DNA of 61,707 nt, filler included, from Candidatus Omnitrophota bacterium (GTDB lineage: Bacteria; Omnitrophota; Gorgyraeia; Zapsychrales; JBDRMG01), in NCBI GenBank assembly GCA_043812495.1. It is 6 parts of 6 records of this genome, joined end to end, with 100 filler letters (N's around TTAATTAATTAA, not from the genome) between each part and the next. Parts side by side here need not be neighbours in the genome. Positions count along the whole stretch, not along the records: positions 47,615 to 59,287 come from JBDRMG010000049.1; positions 59,388 to 61,707 come from JBDRMG010000060.1; 4 more parts are not named here. One strand, 5' to 3'. Positions 55,636-61,707 of this stretch are shown here, piece after piece. Position numbers and translations under genes: made by a program. The notes beneath the pieces are model-generated. The model searched no databases. It was not told where the DNA came from and saw only the letters and a list, made by a program, of their open reading frames with translations. Position 1 is the first letter of the stretch. Each line of letters opens with the position of its first letter.

Positions 55636-56634
55636 ATGGCAGCCAGACGATATTTTAAATCCATCTATTCTTTTCTCTTGTTTTTGTTGATTGGCCTTGT
55701 GGCTATCTTGTCTACGTATGGCTGGCGCCTTTCCAGCGTCGGCTATTCGGTCCATATGGAAAAAGATCAACTCATCAAAGAAAATTTGAAGAACCATGTT
55801 GTCTTTTTGTCAGAAACCGTTGGGTCGCGTAACATTCAGGAATACGAAAACTTAAAGCGCGCGGCCCAATACATTGTTGACCACTTTAAAGGGCTCGAGC
55901 TTGACGTTCGCGTTCAGATTTTTGAAGTCGATGGTCAAAAGGTCGGAAATATCATTGCCGAAAAGAAGGGCGCGAGGCATCCCGATAGCGTCATCATCTT
56001 TGGGGCCAATTATGATACATATCATAATCCGGGAGCGGACACCAACGCGAGCGGCGTCGCGGCTGTTCTCGAGCTAGCTCGTTTATTTGCCAAAGAGCAG
56101 ACGGATCAAACACTTCGCTTTGTTGCTTTTGTGAATAAGGAATCTCCGTATTTTCAGACGGGTAACATGGGGAGCACCCGTTATGTCCGAGAGCTTAAAG
56201 AGGAAAAACAGAACGTGGGGATGGTTTTTATTTTTGATTCCATCGGCTTCTTTACGACGAAGAACTTTTCTCAGCGTTATCCGCCGTTTTTGGGCATATT
56301 CTTTCCTGACAAGGGACAATTTATCAGCTTGATTTCCTCTCTCAAGTCGCGCCGGTCGGCCAGAGCCATCACCCAAATCCTGCGCAGGGAGACTTCTTTT
56401 CCGATTTACACTATTTTTGGTTATGATTTTGTTGATTCGGATCATACGAATTTCTGGCAAGAAGATTACCCCGCTATTCTGATTACGGATACGGGAAGCT
56501 ATCGGAATCCGGATTACCATAGCCTTTCGGATACTCCCGACAAGCTCGATTATCTGAAAATGGCTCAGCTCATCAGGGGTTTAAAGGTTGCGGTTAAAGA
56601 CACAATGATGTCTTTGTCAATTCAAGAAGAATAA
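55636..56634 (+). CDS. M28-family peptidase homologue with substituted metal ligands
   Basis: GANYD, GADTNASG, NKESP, SDH and YH motifs. Confidence 0.8.
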   Translation: MAARRYFKSIYSFLLFLLIGLVAILSTYGWRLSSVGYSVHMEKDQLIKENLKNHVVFLSETVGSRNIQEYENLKRAAQYIVDHFKGLELDVRVQIFEVDGQKVGNIIAEKKGARHPDSVIIFGANYDTYHNPGADTNASGVAAVLELARLFAKEQTDQTLRFVAFVNKESPYFQTGNMGSTRYVRELKEEKQNVGMVFIFDSIGFFTTKNFSQRYPPFLGIFFPDKGQFISLISSLKSRRSARAITQILRRETSFPIYTIFGYDFVDSDHTNFWQEDYPAILITDTGSYRNPDYHSLSDTPDKLDYLKMAQLIRGLKVAVKDTMMSLSIQEE

Positions 56635-56736
56635 ATCATTTGAAGAAAGTTTGTCTTGCTGCGCGCGAAAAAAAGAATACAACTTATTGACTTAATAAAT
56701 GATGCATGATATTATGCATTCAATAAGGAGGTGGGT

Positions 56737-57063
56737 ATGAGAAAAATTCTTGTACTAGTTTTAGCGGGTGCTTTGGTGCTGAGCTTTGCTGCACCGTCAT
56801 TTGCCTTACCCCGTCCTGTTGAGAAATTAGCAAGAGGCGTTGCCAATGTTGTGAGTTCGCCTTTGGAAATCGGCAAACAAATCACTTTGGAATGGCGCGC
56901 AACGGACAAAAAACAACTTGGCTTTCTCGGCGGACTCGTTAAAGGCGTTGGCTTTACGCTCAAGAGATTAGGTTCCGGACTTGTGGATATCGTCACATTT
57001 CCTTTCGAGTTAAAGGAAGTCTATGAGCCGATCATGAAGCCTAATTACGTTTTTGAGGAATAA
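56737..57063 (+). CDS. Putative exosortase-system-associated protein (TIGR04073-like)
   Basis: Signal peptide; KLARGVANV...PLEI...G...R...G..DIVTFP; AAGGAGG RBS. Confidence 0.7.
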   Translation: MRKILVLVLAGALVLSFAAPSFALPRPVEKLARGVANVVSSPLEIGKQITLEWRATDKKQLGFLGGLVKGVGFTLKRLGSGLVDIVTFPFELKEVYEPIMKPNYVFEE

Positions 57064-57076
57064 TACTTCATTAAAC

Positions 57077-57112
57077 AAAATGGGGTCAAGCCAAAGAACT
57101 TGGCCCCATTTT
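57077..57112. terminator. Bidirectional intrinsic terminator
   Basis: Stem AAAATGGGGTCAAG / CTTGGCCCCATTTT. Confidence 0.8.
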
Positions 57113-57267
57113 ATGTCCTACGCCTCCCATTCTTAGCTGCGATTTTTATTGTCATGAAGCCAGCCTTGGTTGATGCGTTCACAGTAATATTCCTTGCCTA
57201 AAATAGTTTTTAATATTAATAATAATCAGTAATTTTAATCAAAATTTTAATAGAGGAGCGTTTGAGC

Positions 57268-57296
57268 TTGACTCTCGAGCATCCAGATAGTATAAT
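57268..57296 (+). promoter_or_regulatory. Sigma70 promoter of rpsO-pnp
   Basis: TTGACT-N17-TATAAT. Confidence 0.75.
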
Positions 57297-57455
57297 AAGC
57301 GACACATAAAGAAACATAGTTGAAATAATAAAAAATTGTATTTGCTTTATCCCCGCCGCATTCTTGCATTCTGCAAGAATGCAAGAGGCGGGGTCCATTC
57401 GCACTGATCTCGACGTAACGTCGGGATGTGCTCATGGAAAGGAGGAAAAGAACAA

Positions 57456-57725
57456 TTGGCTTTAGTCAAAGAAAAAAAGACAGAAATCATCGATGGATTT
57501 AAAGTGCATTCTCGGGATACAGGATCGGCCGTTGTCCAAATTGCCCTCTTGACAGAGAAAATCAATCAACTCGCAGAGCATTTTAAGATTTATCGAAAGG
57601 ATTTTCATTCCCGCCGAGGACTTTTGGTCATGATTGGCAAAAGACGCCGTCTTTTAGCCTACCTGAAAAAGACAGACCCCCAGAAGTACGAAGAGACCAT
57701 CAAAAAACTTAACCTACGTAAGTGA
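57456..57725 (+). CDS. rpsO: 30S ribosomal protein S15 (TTG start)
   Basis: [23 protein letters not shown]; 89 aa from a TTG after an AGGAGG RBS. Confidence 0.97.
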   Translation: MALVKEKKTEIIDGFKVHSRDTGSAVVQIALLTEKINQLAEHFKIYRKDFHSRRGLLVMIGKRRRLLAYLKKTDPQKYEETIKKLNLRK

Positions 57726-57734
57726 GGCTTTTTT

Positions 57735-59287
57735 ATGGAGTTAACTCATATTGAGATTCCCTTTGGCGGCCAGAATCTTATTATTGAAACAGGAAAATAC
57801 GCCAAATTAGCCAATGGGGCTGTGACATTAACCTACGGTGGGACCGTGGTGTTAGTTACGGCTTGCATATCCCGCAACATCAGGCAAGGAATAGACTACT
57901 TTCCTTTAATGGTCGAGTATCAAGAGAAGACATATGCGGCAGGCCGGATTCCCGGTGGATTCTTTAAAAGAGAAGGCCGCCCATCGGAAAGCGAAATTCT
58001 TGCTGCACGCATGATTGATCGGCCCATCCGTCCGCTTTTCCCAACGGGTATGCGAAATGAAGTTCAAGTGGTCGCGACAGTTTTAAGTAGCGATGGAGAA
58101 AACGATCCTGATGTTTTAGGGATTGTGGGAGCTTCCGCGGCCTTGATGATCTCGGATATTCCTTTCGAAGGACCTATCGGCGCTATCCGCGTCGGCTTGA
58201 TGGAGGATCAATTCATACTCAATCCGACCTACGAACAAAGAGAAAAGAGTACGCTTGATTTGATCATTGTCGGGCACCAAGACGGCATCATCATGCTCGA
58301 AGGAGAAGCCAAAGAGATGCCGGAAGAAAAAGTCCTAGAAGCGATTGAATTTGGATTTGAAAAATTACAACCCATTGTTGCGATTCAGCATGAATTGGCC
58401 AAGGAAACGGGCAAGAAAAAACAAAAAGTAGCTCTTAAAATTCTCGAGCCTGCTTTTGTGGATAAAGTGAAGGAATTATCTTTGAAGCGGCTCAGTGAGA
58501 TTTACAAAATGGGCCAGAAGGAAGACCGAGAAGAGGCCATGGATTTGCTCCTCGAGGATTTGTCCAAAGACATTTCCGTTTTTGAAGAGTTTGCCCAAGA
58601 AGACAAAGAAGTGACCGCTAATGAGGTCAAGGAAGCGCTCTGTGAAATTGAAGCCCAAGAGGTGCGAAGGATCGTGATCGAGGAAAAAAGACGCGTGGAT
58701 GGCCGCGGGTTCGACGAGGTTCGAGAGATCGCCTGCGAGGTCAATGTGCTTCCGCGAACACACGGAAGCGGATTATTTACACGCGGTCAGACTCAGAGCC
58801 TTGCCATCACCACGTTAGGAACAAAGATGGACGAGCGCCTCATTGAGGCCCTGGAAGGGAAATCTTATAAGCATTTTATGCTGCATTATAATTTTCCCTC
58901 CTTTAGCGTTGGGGAAGCTAGACCCATGCGTGGGCCCGGCCGACGCGAAATCGGTCATGGCGCCTTAGCCGAAAAGGCTATTCGGGCGATGATGCCGACC
59001 AAAGATGAGTTTCCCTATACCGTCAGAGTTGTTTCGGAAATTCTTGAATCAAACGGTTCTTCGAGCATGGCAACGGTTTGCGCGGGAACATTATGCTTGA
59101 TGGATGCGGGTGTTCCGATCAAAGAGGCGGTCGCTGGGATTTCTATCGGCCTTGTCAAGGAAAACGCAAAGACGGTTCTTTTAACGGATATCATGGGCGT
59201 CGAAGATCATTTTGGGGATATGGATTACAAAGTGGCCGGATCACGCAAAGGCATCACAGCTATTCAGATGGACCTGAAGATCAAAGG
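57735..59287 (+). CDS. pnp: Polynucleotide phosphorylase, 3' truncated
   Basis: GRIPGGFFKREGRP; RREIGHG; ESNGSSSMA; GDMDYKVAG; follows rpsO. Confidence 0.97.
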
Positions 59288-59388
59288 NNNNNNNNNNNNN
59301 NNNNNNNNNNNNNNNNNNNNNNNNNNNNNNNTTAATTAATTAANNNNNNNNNNNNNNNNNNNNNNNNNNNNNNNNNNNNNNNNNNNNG

Positions 59389-60714
59389 GGTTTTAAAGCG
59401 CAAATCGTATGTCCGGATCGTTTTGCCTGTGAACAGTATAAGCAGGAGCTGGACAAACTCATTCCATCCGAAGAAAGCGCGGTAGTAATCTCAATAAATC
59501 ATTCAGATAATGAGGCTTTCAAAAAGAAATACCGAATGGATCGAGATGAGCAGGAGAAGCTTTTAGACAGGTTTCGCGACCCGATGGACCCGCTTAAATT
59601 TGTGATTGTAACGGCCAAGCTTTTAACGGGTTTCGATGCGCCGATTTTGCAGGCTATGTATCTGGATAAGGCGATGAAGGATCACAATCTGTTGCAGGCA
59701 ATTTGCCGCACAAACCGTGTTTACAAAGACAAGACGCATGGATTGATAGTGGATTATTACGGCGTCTTTGATAATGTGGCCCGGGCCTTGGAATTTGACG
59801 AGGCATCGGTCAGACAAGTGATCACAAATATCGGTACGCTTAAAGAAAAATTGAAGCAGGCGATAGCCATGTGTCTAGAGCATTTCCCGAACGTGGATAG
59901 AAGCGTTGAAGGATACGAGGGGCTTTTACTTGCGCAGGAATGCGTGAATACGAATACAAAGCGAGATGCGTTTGCGAATGATTACAGCTATTTGTCGCTT
60001 CTTTGGGAGGCGTTGTCACCGGATGCCATTCTTAATGTGTACGAGAAGGATTATCGCTGGCTAACTAAAGTCTATGAATCGGTAAAGCCGCCATCCAGCG
60101 ATACGGGTCGTCTTTTATGGCATGCATTAGGTGCTCAGACCATGAAGCTCATTCATGAGCATATTCATGTCGAGAAGATTAGCGATGATTTGGAAAAGAT
60201 CATCCTCGATGCCGATGTGGTCGAGGATTTAATGAAGACCAAGGATACCAAAAAAACTAAGCTGATTGAAATCGAAATTGTTAATCGCCTGCGGAAGCAT
60301 AAGGGCAATCCAAAATTTGAAGAGCTTGGTCAGAAGCTTGAAGAATTGCGCGATAAGGTAGAGCGCGGACTGATCAATAGCGTGGATTTCCTTAAGCATT
60401 TGATTGAGTTGGCCAAGGAAGTCGTTCAGGCCGAGAAGGACGAAGAAACACAGGAAGAACGCAAGGGGGCCAAGTCAGCCCTTACAGAACTATTCCTGCA
60501 AGTACGCACAGACCAGACGCCAGCGATTGTTGAGCGTATCGTTAATGATATCGATGAAATCGTTAAAGTAGTGCGCTTTCCCGGATGGCAGTCTACTGCC
60601 GCCGGTGAGCGCGAAGTCAAGAAAGCCCTTCGTAAAACCCTGCTTAAATACAATCTGCACACCGACCAAGACCTTTTCGACCGGGCGTATGGGTATATAA
60701 GGGAGTATTATTAA
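59389..60714 (+). CDS. hsdR: Type I restriction enzyme R subunit, C-terminal part (5' truncated)
   Basis: The frame is open from the contig start (GFKAQIVCPDRFAC); KLLTGFDAP; LLQAICRTNR; GLIVDY. Confidence 0.9.
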   Translation, partial: GFKAQIVCPDRFACEQYKQELDKLIPSEESAVVISINHSDNEAFKKKYRMDRDEQEKLLDRFRDPMDPLKFVIVTAKLLTGFDAPILQAMYLDKAMKDHNLLQAICRTNRVYKDKTHGLIVDYYGVFDNVARALEFDEASVRQVITNIGTLKEKLKQAIAMCLEHFPNVDRSVEGYEGLLLAQECVNTNTKRDAFANDYSYLSLLWEALSPDAILNVYEKDYRWLTKVYESVKPPSSDTGRLLWHALGAQTMKLIHEHIHVEKISDDLEKIILDADVVEDLMKTKDTKKTKLIEIEIVNRLRKHKGNPKFEELGQKLEELRDKVERGLINSVDFLKHLIELAKEVVQAEKDEETQEERKGAKSALTELFLQVRTDQTPAIVERIVNDIDEIVKVVRFPGWQSTAAGEREVKKALRKTLLKYNLHTDQDLFDRAYGYIREYY

Positions 60715-61707
60715 TGCCCGAAGTTGAAATCTGTCAAAAAGATATCGTTAATAAGATTGAAGAGATAACCAAAGAAAAGGGTTTTATCTATTCTCTCGCC
60801 ATTATTCTGTTACAAAGTTTTTTTCATGACCCAGAAGAAGCCGCCGATATTGATTGGCATTCAAAACTGAGTTTTCAGGAAATCAGTTTTTTGACTGGGT
60901 TAATGGTAAAAAACAGCATTTCCGTAGAATTACCCACCGAAGCATCTTGCCGCAGTCATATTGAAAAAGTGAGCCAGCTTTTTCAAGAACTCCATTCGTC
61001 TTATATGAAGCCATTTAAAGATCATACGCAGAATATTGCTAAACAAATCACTGTTTCAGAGGGCGACGCGCAAATATCTGAGAATATCCTTGGTTCTGGC
61101 ATGGCGCTTTCGGAGGCTATTTTTTATGGAGATTCTGGCGCGTATGATTTCCAATACTGGGATTTTGCTGTCAAAAGATATGAGAACGATCATGAATGGT
61201 TAAGGCGTGCAAAAGGCTTTGATATTGCAACTGCGGTTGCAATCTGTCGAAAACTGAAAGAATTGGCGATAAGCAAATCCATCAATGTATTCAATACAGA
61301 GAATTTTGATGACCTTGCGAAGATGGCATTAGCTGTTTTCTGTTTTTCAGAAAGCGACCTGAGTGAATTTAATTCTGACGAGCTAAAGAATATTATAAGA
61401 GCGTTTTCAATATTGCCAAATACCGAGAACAAAACCTTATCTGCTCCGGGCCAATATAACGTTATAGTTTCTAATCCAATCATTATTTTGCGAGAAGGGC
61501 TTTACTTTATCCCGGTTCTATTCAATTTCGCACAGTCGATATACGAAAGTCCTTTTTACTGGATGATTAAAGATGCCGCCTACAAAGAGCAATCATTGAT
61601 AAACAGAGGACAAGCCACTGTTAAGATTGCCAGGGCTCTTCTTGCCAATGTTTTTGGCGATGTGAATGTTGCTGAGCAAGTTGTCATCGAGAAGCAAAGA
61701 GGACAAG
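60714..61707 (+). CDS. Uncharacterised protein, 3' truncated; resembles N-termini of NERD/SEC-C-associated proteins
   Basis: ATG overlaps the hsdR stop (TAATG); reads MPEVEICQKDIV...EAIFYGDSGAYDFQY...SIYESPFYWM; no stop seen before the window end, so it is absent from the ORF track. Confidence 0.6.
   Translation, partial: MPEVEICQKDIVNKIEEITKEKGFIYSLAIILLQSFFHDPEEAADIDWHSKLSFQEISFLTGLMVKNSISVELPTEASCRSHIEKVSQLFQELHSSYMKPFKDHTQNIAKQITVSEGDAQISENILGSGMALSEAIFYGDSGAYDFQYWDFAVKRYENDHEWLRRAKGFDIATAVAICRKLKELAISKSINVFNTENFDDLAKMALAVFCFSESDLSEFNSDELKNIIRAFSILPNTENKTLSAPGQYNVIVSNPIIILREGLYFIPVLFNFAQSIYESPFYWMIKDAAYKEQSLINRGQATVKIARALLANVFGDVNVAEQVVIEKQRGQ

Noticed and set aside
57426..57455. N-terminal extension of S15 in the ORF track
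   Set aside because: The AGGAGG SD and the canonical 89-aa length indicate the TTG start at 57456.
33037..60714. Joining the two hsdR fragments into one gene
   Set aside because: They lie on different contigs and both contain the same helicase motif region (MMTTGYD versus LLTGFD) from different subfamilies.

Overview
The window is six contigs joined by 100-bp artificial linkers (N44-TTAATTAATTAA-N44): 1-10085, 10186-30267, 30368-34770, 34871-47514, 47615-59287 and 59388-61707. Adjacency across linkers means nothing biologically. Gene content and giant ORFs suggest a Ca. Omnitrophota/PVC-type metagenome bin (inference only). The most striking object is contig 1, a single + strand reading frame open from base 3 to the contig end (>3300 codons) and built as a cassette array. 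Unrelated payloads (TPR, transglutaminase-like, receiver domain, M50-like) are separated by a recurring hydrophobic 'G-[WFL]...LAGLGVLA-basic' linker and punctuated by three copies of a 328-bp palindrome-rich repeat. Two complete PIN-type toxin-antitoxin operons, with their own sigma70 promoters and RBSs, lie antisense inside it without breaking the frame, one in each inter-repeat interval. Contig 2 has a RAYT/Y1 transposase with GGGGACGTTGATGA REP-like repeats, a truncated AAA ATPase, a c-di-GMP-I-like riboswitch and a >5700-aa protein (C39-like, SecA/SF2-like, sigma-region-2-like and Fis-HTH domains). Contig 3 is an integrative-element fragment (primase, HsdR-like). Contig 4 has phoBR, an intact IS4, copA, an amidotransferase, an internally deleted nitrilase and a Cys1-less purF. 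Contig 5 is housekeeping (UvrD-nuclease fusion, gpmI, UDG, rpsO, pnp). Contig 6 is the end of hsdR plus a partial uncharacterised gene.
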